Shown here: positions 8,483-19,074 of the stretch, piece by piece
Position numbering within the stretch: the stretch's first letter is position 1
Layout: the number at the start of each line of letters is the position of its first letter
Assembly: GCA_016125275.1 (NCBI GenBank)
Contig: WGMB01000001.1
Span: 26,079-90,078, forward strand
Direction of reading: 5' to 3'
DNA: 64,000 bases
From: Acidobacteriota bacterium
GTDB taxonomy: Bacteria > Acidobacteriota > Terriglobia > Bryobacterales > UBA6623
Notes under the pieces: model-generated
What the model was told of the DNA's origin: nothing
The model's database searches: none
The model's input: only the letters and a program-made list of their open reading frames with translations
Position numbers and translations under genes: made by a program

Positions 8483-10882
8483 ATGTTGCTTCGTAGTCTC
8501 TTGTTGCTGCTGTCGTTCGCCGCCGGGCAATCCCTCTGGAGCCAGGCCGGCAAAACCTTGCCGACGATTGCGGATAAGACTCAAAACATGGAGATGAAGC
8601 AGGGGTATTTCCCTGTATTTCTCGACCGGGAGCAGAATTCGGCGTACTTGCAAATCGATCGATTGGACGAGGAATTCCTGTACGTCGGATGGCTGAGCCG
8701 CGGTTTGGGATACAACCCGATCGGCCTCGATCGAGCGCAACTGGGCGAGAGCCGCGTGGTGCGATTTCGGAGGCTGGGGAGCCGAGTGTTGCTGGAAGAG
8801 CCCAATCAGCGCTATCGGGCGACGTCGGGCGATCCCGACGAGGTCCGCGCCGTGGAGGAGTCGTTCGCCTCGTCGGCGCTGTGGGGAGGGGACATCGTGG
8901 CGCAGACGGAAGGCTCGGTTCTGGTGGACCTGACGCCGTTTCTAGTGCGGGATTCGCATGGCGTCGCGCGGCAATTGCAGGAGTCCAATGGAGGGGATTT
9001 TCGGCTCGATCCCAAACGCAGCGCGTTGCTGCCGGACGAAGTGCGGACGTTTCCGCGCAACTGCGAGATCGAAGTCTTGTTGACCTTTGAGGGCGGCAAG
9101 CCCGGGCGGGGCGTGCGGGAGACGACCCCGACGCCGGAGGCGTTGACCCTGCGTGTGCGGCACTCGCTGGTGGAGCTGCCTCCGGCCGGCTACCGGCCGC
9201 GCCGCTTCGATCCGCGTGCGGGCGTGATCCCCACGTCGTTCGCGGACTACGCCGCCCCGCTCGACGCGCCCCTGGAGACGCGCCGGATCATCCGGCATCG
9301 GCTGGAGAAGCGGGACCCGGCGTCGGCGGTTTCCGAACCGGTCGAGCCGATCACCTACTATCTGGACCGGGGCGCGCCGGAGCCGGTGAGGTCGGCGCTG
9401 CTGGAAGGCGCCCGCTGGTGGAACCAGGCGTTCGAGGCGGCCGGGTATCGCGACGGCTTTCGTGTGGAGCTGTTGCCCGAGGACGCCGATCCGCTGGACC
9501 TGCGCTACAACGTGATCAACTGGGTGCACCGCTCGACCAGGGGCTGGAGCTACGGCGGCTCGGTGATCGATCCCCGGACTGGCGAGATCCTCAAGGGGGT
9601 GGTCACTTTGGGGTCGCTGCGCGTGCGGCAGGACCGGCTGCTGTTCGAGGGGCTGATCCCGTACTTCGGTCCGAGCAAGCCGGCGGGCCCGTCGCCGGTG
9701 GAGGTGGCCTTGGCGCGGCTGCGTCAGCTCTCCGCGCATGAGGTGGGCCACACGCTGGGCTTCGCGCACAACTTTGCGGCCTCGACCTATGGGCGCGGCT
9801 CGGTGATGGACTATCCGGCGCCGCTGGTGAAGATCACAGAGGACAGCCGGCTGGACCTGCGAGACGCCTACGCGGTGGGGATGGGCGCTTGGGACGAGAC
9901 GATCGTGCGCTACGCCTATTCCGACTTTCCGCCCGGCGTCGACGAGACGGCGGCGCTCGACCGGATCTTGGCCGAGGCCCATCAGAAGGGCCAACTGTTC
10001 CTCTCCGACGCCGAGGCCCGCCCGCTCGGCGCGCCGCATCCGCTGGCCTCACTGTGGGACAACGGGGCGGACCCGGTGGCGGCTCTGCGGCAGACGATGG
10101 AGGTCCGCCGAATCGCTCTGGAGCAGTTCGGGCTGGACAACGTGCCGACCGGGACGCCGCTGTCAGAGCTGGAGCTGTGGCTGACGCCGCTGTACCTGCA
10201 CCATCGCTACCAGGTGGAGGCCACCGTGAAGATGCTGGGCGGCCTCTCGTTCGACTACGGCGTGCGGGGCAAGACCGGCGAGAAGGTCGAGACGGTTCCG
10301 GCGGACCGGCAGGAAGCGGCGCTGAAGGCCCTGCTCGAAACGCTCGATCCGGCCGCCCTGGCGCTGCCGGAGAGGATTCTGGGGCTGATTCCGCCGCCGG
10401 CGTACGGGTACAACGATCGGCGGGAAGGGATGGAGAGCCGCTCCGGCCGGCGTTTCGATCCGCTGGCGGCCGCCCGGATCGCGATCGACACGACGCTGGC
10501 GGCGATGCTGGAGCCCGCGCGGGCGGCTCGTTTGGTCGAGCAACAGGCTCGGGACCAACAGATGCCGGGGCTGACGTCGGTGTTCGACGCGATCCGCAAG
10601 AAACTGCGCGTTGGCGGGGGCGGCGTGCCGAGCGACCGCTGGCAAGCCCTGGTGCAGAGCGAAGCCCAGGCGGCCTACGCGGAACAGTTGATGGCGTTGG
10701 CGAGAGAACGCACGGCGCCGCCGATGGTTCGGCAGGCGGCCGAACGGGAGTTGGAACATCTGGCGCAGTTTGCATCGACGCCGCCGGAGGTCCAGCGCTT
10801 TCTGAAGCGGCCGGCCGAGGAGGCTCAGCCCCCAGCCCCGCTGCCGGCGCCGCCGGGGAGTCCGATCGGGGCGCCTCTGTAA
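8483..10882 (+). CDS. Exported zinc-dependent metalloprotease (EcxA-like metzincin, DUF5117/DUF4953)
   Basis: Signal peptide from ATG 8483; zinc motif HEVGHTLGFAH, Met-turn SVMDY, DPRTGEILKG. Confidence 0.9.
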   Translation: MLLRSLLLLLSFAAGQSLWSQAGKTLPTIADKTQNMEMKQGYFPVFLDREQNSAYLQIDRLDEEFLYVGWLSRGLGYNPIGLDRAQLGESRVVRFRRLGSRVLLEEPNQRYRATSGDPDEVRAVEESFASSALWGGDIVAQTEGSVLVDLTPFLVRDSHGVARQLQESNGGDFRLDPKRSALLPDEVRTFPRNCEIEVLLTFEGGKPGRGVRETTPTPEALTLRVRHSLVELPPAGYRPRRFDPRAGVIPTSFADYAAPLDAPLETRRIIRHRLEKRDPASAVSEPVEPITYYLDRGAPEPVRSALLEGARWWNQAFEAAGYRDGFRVELLPEDADPLDLRYNVINWVHRSTRGWSYGGSVIDPRTGEILKGVVTLGSLRVRQDRLLFEGLIPYFGPSKPAGPSPVEVALARLRQLSAHEVGHTLGFAHNFAASTYGRGSVMDYPAPLVKITEDSRLDLRDAYAVGMGAWDETIVRYAYSDFPPGVDETAALDRILAEAHQKGQLFLSDAEARPLGAPHPLASLWDNGADPVAALRQTMEVRRIALEQFGLDNVPTGTPLSELELWLTPLYLHHRYQVEATVKMLGGLSFDYGVRGKTGEKVETVPADRQEAALKALLETLDPAALALPERILGLIPPPAYGYNDRREGMESRSGRRFDPLAAARIAIDTTLAAMLEPARAARLVEQQARDQQMPGLTSVFDAIRKKLRVGGGGVPSDRWQALVQSEAQAAYAEQLMALARERTAPPMVRQAAERELEHLAQFASTPPEVQRFLKRPAEEAQPPAPLPAPPGSPIGAPL

Positions 10883-10892
10883 ACTCTTGGGA

Positions 10893-11369
10893 ATGGAGTT
10901 TGGATGGATTCGGCGGGGGATTCTCCCGGCGCTCTTGTTCTCGATCGCTTGCTTGCCCGGTCTGCAGGCGCAGTCCCACGGCTACGGATTCGTGGGGTCG
11001 ACGATCGGCGACGCTCCGCTCGACGGCGCCTTTCGCTACGGGCTCGGCGCGGCCTGGGCCGTGTTTCCGCACGTGACGTTTGGCGGGGAGATCGGCCGGG
11101 TGAAGAGCAATGGCGGCGGGCTGATCGCCTCCGGCAACGTGGGCGTCCACCTGCGGCGGCGGGCCGCTTCGGGGTTTGACCCGTTCGTGACCGGCGGCCT
11201 GACTGGGGCGAAGGTGTACGGCGAGACTGCGGCTTGGACGAACGTGGGCGGCGGCGTCAACTACTGGTTCCAATCGCATCTCGCGCTGCGGGGAGAGTTC
11301 CGGACCTACCGAGGGGGCTCGGACCGCAACGGATTCTCCGAGCTGCGGTTCGGTATCTCGATCCGCTAG
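10893..11369 (+). CDS. Small outer-membrane beta-barrel protein
   Basis: Signal peptide, amphipathic strands (PFVTGG, NVGGGVNYWF, ALRGEFR), terminal strand LRFGISIR. Confidence 0.75.
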   Translation: MEFGWIRRGILPALLFSIACLPGLQAQSHGYGFVGSTIGDAPLDGAFRYGLGAAWAVFPHVTFGGEIGRVKSNGGGLIASGNVGVHLRRRAASGFDPFVTGGLTGAKVYGETAAWTNVGGGVNYWFQSHLALRGEFRTYRGGSDRNGFSELRFGISIR

Positions 11370-11453
11370 GAAGGCGCAAGAAGATCGTTGGCCGAGGCTC
11401 ACTAAAGGGGAACCTCTGCGTCCATTTCGCGTATTCCGCTAGGACGCTCGACC

Positions 11454-13865
11454 ATGCCTTTCGACCAACTGCGACAAGACCTGACCTACACCGCCCGCGC
11501 CTTTCGCCGCGATCCAGGCTTTTTCGGCATTGCGGCTCTCATCGTCGGATTGGGCATCGGCGCTTCTACCGCCGTGTTCAGCGTGGTGGACGCCGTGTTG
11601 TGGCGGCCGCTGCCTTTCGAGCAGCCGGAGCGACTGGTGCGCGTGGCCAACACGGGCGGCTCGGGCCTTTCGAGCGTGACGTCGCGCTCGTCGAACTTGC
11701 GCGACTGGCGAAAGCTGAACCGCACGTTCGAGGATCTGGCGGGCTATTTCGCGTTCTTTGACTACGAGCGGTTCACGCTGCGCGAGGAGGGCGAGGCCGA
11801 ACGCTTGGTCGGCGTGGGCGTGACCGAGACTTTTTTGCCGATGCTGGGCGTGGAGCCGGCGCTGGGTCGCGGATTTACCAGCGAGGAGTGCGCCTGGGGC
11901 GGCCCGGGGGCGATACTGCTGACGCATCGTTTCTGGCAGCGGCGCTTTGGCGGAGAGGCCGGCGTGGTGGGACGGACGCTGCGGCTCAACGATCAGGCCA
12001 TGACGGTGGTCGGGGTGCTGCCCGACTCGTTCGACTTCGCGTCGATCTTCTCGCCGGGCGCCCGCATCGACTTTCTGCGGCCGTTTCCCGTGGCTGACCA
12101 GACCGACCGCTGGGGCAACACTCTGGCGGTGATCGGCCGGCTCAAGCCCGACGTGGGCGTCGGCCAAGCGCAGAGCGACCTGGACCGCGTGAACGAGAGG
12201 CTGCATGAGGAAGATCCGCGGCGCTGGGGGCTCGGCGCGAAGGTCAGCGATCTGCGCGAGCACATTACGGGCAACTTCCGCGATTCGCTGACGTTGCTGG
12301 CGGCGGCGGTGGGGTTGGTGCTGCTGATCACGTGTACGAATTTGTCGAACCTGTTGCTGGCCCGGGCGGCTTCGCGGCGGCGCGAGGTGGCCGTGCGCAG
12401 CGCCCTGGGCGCCGGCAAGATGCGCCTGGTGCGGCAGATGCTGACCGAGTCGCTGACGCTGGCGGCCGCGGGAGGGCTGCTGGGCGTGACCGCCGCGTAC
12501 CTGCTGACGCGTGCGGCGGCGGCCACCGAGGCCGTCACGATTCCCTTGCTGCGGACCGTCGAAACCGACGCCGCCGCGCTGGGATTCGCCTTCGCGGCGA
12601 CGCTGGCGACGGGCCTCCTGTTCGGGCTGGTTCCGGCATTGCGGCTCTCCGGCGAGCACGAATCCTTGCGAGACGCCGGCCGCGGCATGAGCGAGAGCAA
12701 GGGGCGCGGCTGGTTGCGGGGGGCGCTGGTGGTGTCAGAAGTGGCGCTGGCGCTGGTGCTGCTGGTGGGCGCGGGACTGCTGCTGCGCAGCTTCCTGGCC
12801 TTGCTCGACACGGACCTGGGGTTCCGGCCGGAGCAGCGCATCGCCTGGCGGGTGGAGACCAACCGGGACTTCGACACCCTGACCCAGCGGGTGAGCTTCT
12901 ATGACCAAATGGTGCGCGCTGTACGGAACCTGCCGGGCGTGACCGCCGTAGGCCTCACGGACACCTTGCCGCTCGGCCGCAACCGCGAGTGGGGCATGGG
13001 CGCCAAGGGAGAGGTCTACGCCGACGGCGAGTATCCCAGCGCCTTCCCGCGGATGATCAGCCCGGGCTACTTCGACGCCATGGGCATCCAATTGGTCGAG
13101 GGCAGAGGATTTACGCCGAACGACACGGAGGAATCTGAGCCTGTGGTGGTGGTGAACGAGACGATGGCGGAGAAGCTCTGGCCCGGCCGCAATCCGATCG
13201 GCGCGGTCCTGGTGAACAACCGCGACTGGACCGTGGTGGGCGTGGCGGCGAACGTGCGCCACAGCTCCCTGGAAGAAGAGGGAGGCCTGGAAGTCTACTT
13301 CCCCATGGCCCAGCAGGGAGACTGGGGCGCCGTGGACTTGGTGCTGGAAACGACTCTGCCTGCGGAGTCGATGGTGGCTTCGGTGCGGCAAGCGCTGGGC
13401 GAGGTGGACCCCTTGATGCCGACCAGTGAGTACCAGACGCTGGACGCCATCGTGGACCGGGCCGCATCGCCGCGCCGCTTCCTGGTCTCGTTGCTCGGCG
13501 CCTTCGCCCTGGCGGCCGTCGTTCTGGCCTTGCTGGGGATCTACGGCGTGGTGTCGTATTCGGTGGGCCAGCGGCGGCGCGAGATCGGCATCCGTATGGC
13601 GCTGGGGGCGACCGACCGCAATGTGCGGCTACAGGTGCTGCGGCGGACGCTGGCGCTGGCGGCGTTGGGGATTGCGATCGGGGTAGCGGGCGCGTTGGCG
13701 CTGACGCGCGTGATGGGCTCGCTGCTCTACGGCGTCGGCGCGATGGACCCGGTCACCTTCGCCGCCGCCGTGGGGCTGCTGCTCCTCACGGCTTTGGCCG
13801 CCGGCTATTTGCCGGCGTTGCGGGCTTCCCGGGTCCACCCGGCTACGGTCTTGCAAGAGTCCTAG
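11454..13865 (+). CDS. Duplicated ABC-type permease (ADOP, MacB/FtsX family)
   Basis: QDLTYTARAFRRDPGF start, two MacB_PCD/FtsX halves (RRREVAVRSALGAG; RRREIGIRMALGA), end PALRASRVHP. No adjacent ATPase. Confidence 0.92.
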   Translation: MPFDQLRQDLTYTARAFRRDPGFFGIAALIVGLGIGASTAVFSVVDAVLWRPLPFEQPERLVRVANTGGSGLSSVTSRSSNLRDWRKLNRTFEDLAGYFAFFDYERFTLREEGEAERLVGVGVTETFLPMLGVEPALGRGFTSEECAWGGPGAILLTHRFWQRRFGGEAGVVGRTLRLNDQAMTVVGVLPDSFDFASIFSPGARIDFLRPFPVADQTDRWGNTLAVIGRLKPDVGVGQAQSDLDRVNERLHEEDPRRWGLGAKVSDLREHITGNFRDSLTLLAAAVGLVLLITCTNLSNLLLARAASRRREVAVRSALGAGKMRLVRQMLTESLTLAAAGGLLGVTAAYLLTRAAAATEAVTIPLLRTVETDAAALGFAFAATLATGLLFGLVPALRLSGEHESLRDAGRGMSESKGRGWLRGALVVSEVALALVLLVGAGLLLRSFLALLDTDLGFRPEQRIAWRVETNRDFDTLTQRVSFYDQMVRAVRNLPGVTAVGLTDTLPLGRNREWGMGAKGEVYADGEYPSAFPRMISPGYFDAMGIQLVEGRGFTPNDTEESEPVVVVNETMAEKLWPGRNPIGAVLVNNRDWTVVGVAANVRHSSLEEEGGLEVYFPMAQQGDWGAVDLVLETTLPAESMVASVRQALGEVDPLMPTSEYQTLDAIVDRAASPRRFLVSLLGAFALAAVVLALLGIYGVVSYSVGQRRREIGIRMALGATDRNVRLQVLRRTLALAALGIAIGVAGALALTRVMGSLLYGVGAMDPVTFAAAVGLLLLTALAAGYLPALRASRVHPATVLQES

Positions 13866-15235
13866 ACGGCGGGCGCCAGCCGCATGGCCGTCCGGCGGCC
13901 ACGGCCCACGCCGTGGTACTCGAAGCCCAGGGCGCTCATGGACTCAGGGTCGAGCAGGTTGCGGCCGTCGAGCAGCAAGGGGCGGACCATGCGGGCCTTG
14001 ACGGCGGCCAAATCGACCTGGCGGAACTGCGGCCAGTCGGTGAGGATCAGCAGCGCTTCGGCGCGATCGGCGGCGGCTTCGGCGGAGTCGGCCAACTCGA
14101 TGCCGGGCGCCTCGCGGGCGGCTTCGTCGGCGGCCTGCGGGTCGTAGGCGACGACGCGCGCGCCCTCGGCCTGTAGCCGCTGGATGACCGACACGGCGGG
14201 CGAGAACCGCATGTCGTCGGTGTGCGGCTTGAAGGCCAGGCCCCAGGCGGCGATGCGTTTGCCCTTCAGAATCCACAGCTCATCGCGCAGCGTCTGCACG
14301 AAGCGGTCGACCTGGCCGGCGTTGATGCGCTCGATCTCGCGCAGCAGGCTGAAGTCGCAGCCGTTCTTCTCCGCCATGCGGATGAACGATTGCAGGTCCT
14401 TGGGGAAGCAGAAGCCTCCGAAGCCGATGCCCGCTTGCAGGAACTTGGGGCCGATGCGCGCGTCCAGACCCATGCCGGCGGCCACCAGGCGGACGTCCGC
14501 TCCGACGGCGTCGCACAGCCGCGAGACCATGTTGATGTAGGAGATCTTGGTGGACAGGAAGGAGTTGGAGGCGTGCTTGATGATCTCAGCCGTGTTGCGA
14601 TTGGCGGCGATCAGCGGGGCCTGGCCTTCGGTGTCGACTTCCACGTCGCTCGGGCGCCAGGAGAAGGCGCGCTGGACGATCGGCTCGTAGACCTCGCGCA
14701 GCAGGCCCTCGGCCCACTCGCTCTCCACGCCGATGACGATGCGGGAGGGGAAGAGGAAGTCCACCACGGCCGTGCCTTCGGCCAGGAATTCGGGGTTCGA
14801 GGCGACCTCGGACTCGGCGGCGCCGTAGACGGCGAGGGTCTTCTCGAGACGCTCGCCTGTCTGCACCGGCACGGTGCTCTTTTCCACCAGAAGCTTGGGC
14901 GAACGAGCGGCGACGGCGATCTGCCGAGCGACGGCCTCTACGGCCGACATATCGGCCTCGCCGTCCGGCAACGGCGGCGTGCCGACGCACAAAAACAGCA
15001 CATCGGCATGCTCGGCGCCTTCGGCAATCGAGGCGGACCAGTGCAGCCGGCCGGCCGCAATATTGCGAGTCAACAACTCCTCGAGATGGGGCTCGAAGAA
15101 GGGCGTGCGCCCGGCCGCGAGGGCCTCCAGCTTGCGGGGATCGTTGTCCACACACAAAACGTCATGACCGATTTCGGCCAGACAAGCTCCCGCGACGAGG
15201 CCAACGTGACCGGCTCCAATGACACTCACTTTCAT
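13862..15235 (-). CDS. ugd: UDP-glucose/GDP-mannose 6-dehydrogenase
   Basis: GAGHVG Rossmann motif, KSTVPV, SNPEFLAEG, catalytic GFGGFCFPKD, GLAFKP.TDD.R. SD GGAGG upstream of ATG 15235. Confidence 0.93.
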   Translation of the reverse strand: MKVSVIGAGHVGLVAGACLAEIGHDVLCVDNDPRKLEALAAGRTPFFEPHLEELLTRNIAAGRLHWSASIAEGAEHADVLFLCVGTPPLPDGEADMSAVEAVARQIAVAARSPKLLVEKSTVPVQTGERLEKTLAVYGAAESEVASNPEFLAEGTAVVDFLFPSRIVIGVESEWAEGLLREVYEPIVQRAFSWRPSDVEVDTEGQAPLIAANRNTAEIIKHASNSFLSTKISYINMVSRLCDAVGADVRLVAAGMGLDARIGPKFLQAGIGFGGFCFPKDLQSFIRMAEKNGCDFSLLREIERINAGQVDRFVQTLRDELWILKGKRIAAWGLAFKPHTDDMRFSPAVSVIQRLQAEGARVVAYDPQAADEAAREAPGIELADSAEAAADRAEALLILTDWPQFRQVDLAAVKARMVRPLLLDGRNLLDPESMSALGFEYHGVGRGRRTAMRLAPAV

Positions 15236-15472
15236 CGAGCTGCTTCCTCCGTAAACCTGCTCCAATTGGAGCATAGCTGTGCAAGAATTCAAAACGGATT
15301 AGGGGAAAGGCTTAGACCGCCGGAGGCTTTGCACGACCGTGAAAGGCCGGGAAACCAAGCGACGTGCGGCCCTCGCGGCGCGCCCCCCGCAATACCCTCT
15401 GCGCTCCCCGTTACAGGGCCGTAACCAACCGGACTGTCCGGCTCGTCCAATGCCGGCAAGGAGGGCTTCGCC

Positions 15473-16546
15473 CTGTCCATCTGGCTGCTCCTAAAGTTCG
15501 TGGGTGGTCTGGCGCTGCTGGTGGGCGGCGCCTCTTGGTTGGTAAACGGGGCGTCCCGGTTCGCGGCTGCGGCGGGAGTTGCGCCGCTGGTGATCGGGCT
15601 GACGGTGGTGGCGTACGGCACCAGCGCGCCGGAGCTGGCCGTGAGCGTGCAGGCGGCCTTCGCCGGTTCGGCCGGGGTGGCGCTGGGCAACGTCGTCGGC
15701 AGCAACATTTTCAACGTGCTGGTCGTGCTCGGCCTGTCGGCCCTGATTGCGCCGCTGGCGGTCGATCGAGACCTGCTGCGGCGGGACATCGGCGTGATGA
15801 TCGCGGTCTCGGCGGCGCTGATGGCGCTGGCGGCGGACGGGAACGTGGGACGGCTCGACGGCCTCGGACTGGCGGCTGCCGGCGTGCTGTACACGGCCTG
15901 GCTGGCGAGGTCCGCCCGGACCGGGGATGAGCCGGCGGCCGAGCCCGCCTCTCTATTCCCCAACCGGGGTCTCGCAAGGGCCGGGGCGCAGTTGGTGGGC
16001 GGATTCGCCGCCTTGATCCTGGGCGCGGCCTGGCTGGTGGACAGCGCCACGGCCTGGGCCCAGGCGCTGGGCGTGAGCGACCTCATCATCGGCCTGACGG
16101 TGGTGGCCGCCGGCACCTCTCTGCCCGAGGTGGCGGCCTCGGCGGCGGCGGCCCTGCGCGGCGAGCGCGATCTGGCGCTGGGCAACGTGGTGGGCAGCAA
16201 CATCTTCAACATCCTGTTCGTGCTGGGGTTGGCGGCGGCGCTGTCGCCCGACGGCGTCGACGTCTCAGTGGGCGCCCGGCGCCACGATCTGCCGATCATG
16301 CTGGCGACGGCGGTGGTCTGCCTGCCCATCGCGTTCACCAAAACACAGATCGACCGTTGGGAGGGCGGACTGTTGCTGGGCGGCTATCTCTCGTACTCGG
16401 TTTGGCTGTTTCTTTCGGCCACCGAGCATGAAGCGGCCGGGCTGTACAGCGACTGGATGGTGTGGATCGTGATTCCCCTGACGGGGCTGATGCTGTTCGG
16501 TCTGGCCTTTCAGCAGTGGCGGCGAGGCTCTTCGGCGAAGGGCTGA
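15473..16546 (+). CDS. Calcium/sodium antiporter (CaCA, YrbG family)
   Basis: Two alpha repeats, GTSAPE...GNVVGSNIFN and GTSLPE...GNVVGSNIFN. Start CTG 15473 (SD AAGGAGG) or GTG 15500. Confidence 0.92.
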   Translation: MSIWLLLKFVGGLALLVGGASWLVNGASRFAAAAGVAPLVIGLTVVAYGTSAPELAVSVQAAFAGSAGVALGNVVGSNIFNVLVVLGLSALIAPLAVDRDLLRRDIGVMIAVSAALMALAADGNVGRLDGLGLAAAGVLYTAWLARSARTGDEPAAEPASLFPNRGLARAGAQLVGGFAALILGAAWLVDSATAWAQALGVSDLIIGLTVVAAGTSLPEVAASAAAALRGERDLALGNVVGSNIFNILFVLGLAAALSPDGVDVSVGARRHDLPIMLATAVVCLPIAFTKTQIDRWEGGLLLGGYLSYSVWLFLSATEHEAAGLYSDWMVWIVIPLTGLMLFGLAFQQWRRGSSAKG

Positions 16547-16594
16547 GCGGAAGCGGGTCGCTGCGGCCTCCGGCGCCGGTATACTCTGGGTTCC

Positions 16595-17923
16595 ATGAGG
16601 CTCCGTTGTCTGGCCGTCGGACTCCTGCTGACCACGGCCCTGTCCGCCGCTGAGCGGCCGAGCATTCCCGCGCGCCTGACGTTGCGCGAGGCGCTCTCCA
16701 TCGCACTGGATCGCTCGCCGGCGCTGCGGCTGGCCGCCGCGCGTGAGCGGCAGGCCGAGGGTGAGACGCAGTTGGCCCGGTCGGAGCTGATGCCGCACCT
16801 GGGCGTGACGGTCTCGCAGGCGAGCATGACGCGGAACCTGGCCGTGCTCGGGTTGACCGACAAGACCCTCGGCGGCCGGGACGTGCAGAGCCGCGTGGGC
16901 CCCTTCGGGGTCTTCGACGCCCGCGTGGCGGTGACGCAGGACGTCTTCGACCTCAGCGAGCGGCGCCAGTACAAGGCGGCGGGCCAGCGGCGCGAGGCCG
17001 CCGTGGCCGGGTCGCTGGACGTTCGCGAGGAGCTGACCTACAAGGTCGTGACGGCGTACATTGACGCGCTGCGCGCCCAGGCCTCCAGCGCCACCTTGCG
17101 CAAGCAGATGGCGCTGGCGCGACAGCTCCATACGATCACCGTGGACCGGCTGGAGCAAGGCGTGGCCAGCCGGCTCGACGAACGCAGGGCGCTGCAGCAG
17201 ACCCACAACCTGCAGCAGTTGCTGCTGGAGGCCGAGTCGATGGCCGAGACCGCCAAGCTACAGCTCTCCGCGGTGATCCACGCGAAGCCGACCGCGGAGT
17301 ACGAGCTGGCGGACGTACACCTGTTCTACGACGTCGCCTCGATCGAGCCGCAAGAGGTGGTGGGCAAGGCGCTGGCGGCGCGGCCGGACGCCAAGGCGGC
17401 CGCGGCGCGGCTGCGGGCCGCCGAAACCGACCGCAAGGCGGCCCAGGCGATCTCACTGCCGCGCGTCTCCTTCTATGCCGATTACGGCCAGAGCGGCAAC
17501 CAGCTCTACGCCAACCTCAATACCTATACCGTTCGGGGCCAGGTGGGCGTGCCGATCTACTTCGGCGGCCGAGCGTCGGCGGAGCGCCAGAGGGCGCAGG
17601 CCGGAGTGGACGCCGCCGCGGCGGAGCTGGAGCAGATTCAGGCCGAGATCGAAGCCGAGGCGCTGGCCGGCGCGGCGCAGGTCGAGTCGGCGCGGCGGCA
17701 GGTGGAGGTCGCCTCTGAAGGCGTCAGCCTGGCCGAAGAGGAGATCGACCTGACCACGGCGCGGTTCACCTCCGGCGCGGCCGACAACACTGAGCTGCTG
17801 GCGGCGCAGGACCGCTTGGCTCGCGCGGAAGAGAACCGCATCCGAGCGCTCTACCGTCTGAACTTGGCGCGGGCCGCGTTGCATCGAGCGACGGGCCAGG
17901 CCGAGCAGACCTACCGGAATTGA
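16595..17923 (+). CDS. TolC-family outer-membrane efflux protein
   Basis: Signal peptide, LTLREALSIAL, two OEP repeats (LMPHLGV / LPRVSFYADYG), first gene of an exporter operon. Confidence 0.9.
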   Translation: MRLRCLAVGLLLTTALSAAERPSIPARLTLREALSIALDRSPALRLAAARERQAEGETQLARSELMPHLGVTVSQASMTRNLAVLGLTDKTLGGRDVQSRVGPFGVFDARVAVTQDVFDLSERRQYKAAGQRREAAVAGSLDVREELTYKVVTAYIDALRAQASSATLRKQMALARQLHTITVDRLEQGVASRLDERRALQQTHNLQQLLLEAESMAETAKLQLSAVIHAKPTAEYELADVHLFYDVASIEPQEVVGKALAARPDAKAAAARLRAAETDRKAAQAISLPRVSFYADYGQSGNQLYANLNTYTVRGQVGVPIYFGGRASAERQRAQAGVDAAAAELEQIQAEIEAEALAGAAQVESARRQVEVASEGVSLAEEEIDLTTARFTSGAADNTELLAAQDRLARAEENRIRALYRLNLARAALHRATGQAEQTYRN

Positions 17924-19074
17924 TGCCCTTGCATAGACCAACTCTCGCCGGCGCCCTTGTGCTGCTCGCCCTGTGGACGGCGGGCTGCGAGCAATCCGCC
18001 CGATCCAACCCCGACGGAGAGATCCGCATCGCCGGCCGCGTGGAAGGCGACGAAACCAGCGTGGCGGCCAAAACTCCGGGGCGCGTGCTGGAGGTAGCCG
18101 TGCGCGAGGGCGACGAAGTGCGCGCCGGGCAGATGCTGCTGCGGTTGGAGGCCACCCAGGCCGCCGCTCGCCGCGAACAGGCCGAAGCGGGGTTGCGGGC
18201 CGCCCGAGAACAGGCCGAGACCGTGCGGCTGCGTCTGCCGACGCTCGAAGAGAAGCTGCGGCAGCTCGAGATTCAGAAGCGGCAGGCGGAGCTCGACGCG
18301 GCCGGGCGCGTGGCCGCCGGCGAAGGCCAGTTGGCCGCCGCGCAGGCGGACCTGGCGCGGGCCGAGGCCGAGCTGGGCCAGGCCCGCTCCGACGCGAACC
18401 GCTTTCGCATTCTGGCCGACAAGGGCGCCGCGCCGGAGCAGATCGCCGAGCAGATGGCGTCCAAGGTGAAGGCGACCGAGGCCGTGGTGGAAGCGGCTCG
18501 CCGGCAGGTCTCCTCCGCCGAGGGCGCTCTGGAGGTCGCCAAGGCCGCGCGGTCCAACGCGGCGCTGCTGGAAGCCGAGAAGACCGCACTGCGCCGGCAG
18601 ATGGACGAGGTGCAGGGCGCCGTGCGGGTGGCCGAGGAGGGCGTGGCGGCGTCGCGGGCGCAGCTCGAGCAGGCTTCGGCGGAAGTGGACGATCTGGCCG
18701 TCACGGCGCCGTTTCGCGGGCTGGTCGTGACGCGCTCGGTGGAGCCGGGGCAGGTGATTGCGCCGGGGCAGCCGCTGCTGACGCTGGTGGACACCTCGCA
18801 ACTCTACCTGCGCGGCTATGTGCCGCAGGAACGCATCGGGCAGGTCGAGGTCGGCGCGCCGGCCCAGGTGGCGCTCGACGCCGACCCGGACCGGCCGCTC
18901 GAGGGCCGGGTGCTGCGAGTCGATCCGGAGACGATGTTCACGCCGGAGAATACGTACTTCCAGGACGATCGCGTGCGCCAGGTGGTGGGCGTGAAGATCG
19001 CGCTGCCGGCCGATCCCGGTCCGGCCAAGCTGGGCATGACGGGGGAGGCTCGGCTGCGTCCCGGAGCGCGATGA
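17920..19074 (+). CDS. HlyD-family membrane fusion protein (YbhG-like lipoprotein)
   Basis: Lipobox-like WTAGC, lipoyl halves (VREGDEVRAGQ; APFRGLV...VEPGQVI), long coiled coil, FTPENT motif. Confidence 0.9.
   Translation: MMPLHRPTLAGALVLLALWTAGCEQSARSNPDGEIRIAGRVEGDETSVAAKTPGRVLEVAVREGDEVRAGQMLLRLEATQAAARREQAEAGLRAAREQAETVRLRLPTLEEKLRQLEIQKRQAELDAAGRVAAGEGQLAAAQADLARAEAELGQARSDANRFRILADKGAAPEQIAEQMASKVKATEAVVEAARRQVSSAEGALEVAKAARSNAALLEAEKTALRRQMDEVQGAVRVAEEGVAASRAQLEQASAEVDDLAVTAPFRGLVVTRSVEPGQVIAPGQPLLTLVDTSQLYLRGYVPQERIGQVEVGAPAQVALDADPDRPLEGRVLRVDPETMFTPENTYFQDDRVRQVVGVKIALPADPGPAKLGMTGEARLRPGAR

Noticed and set aside
15293-15470. Possible riboswitch (e.g. yybP-ykoY) upstream of the cation antiporter
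   Set aside because: The conserved GGGGAGUA and GAGACC elements are not present; only a short GTTAC/GTAAC stem is seen.
17973-19070. 1011-aa version of the ABC ATPase
   Set aside because: The N-terminal extension is an Arg/Gly-rich off-frame overlap of the HlyD gene. ATG 19071 is coupled to the HlyD stop.
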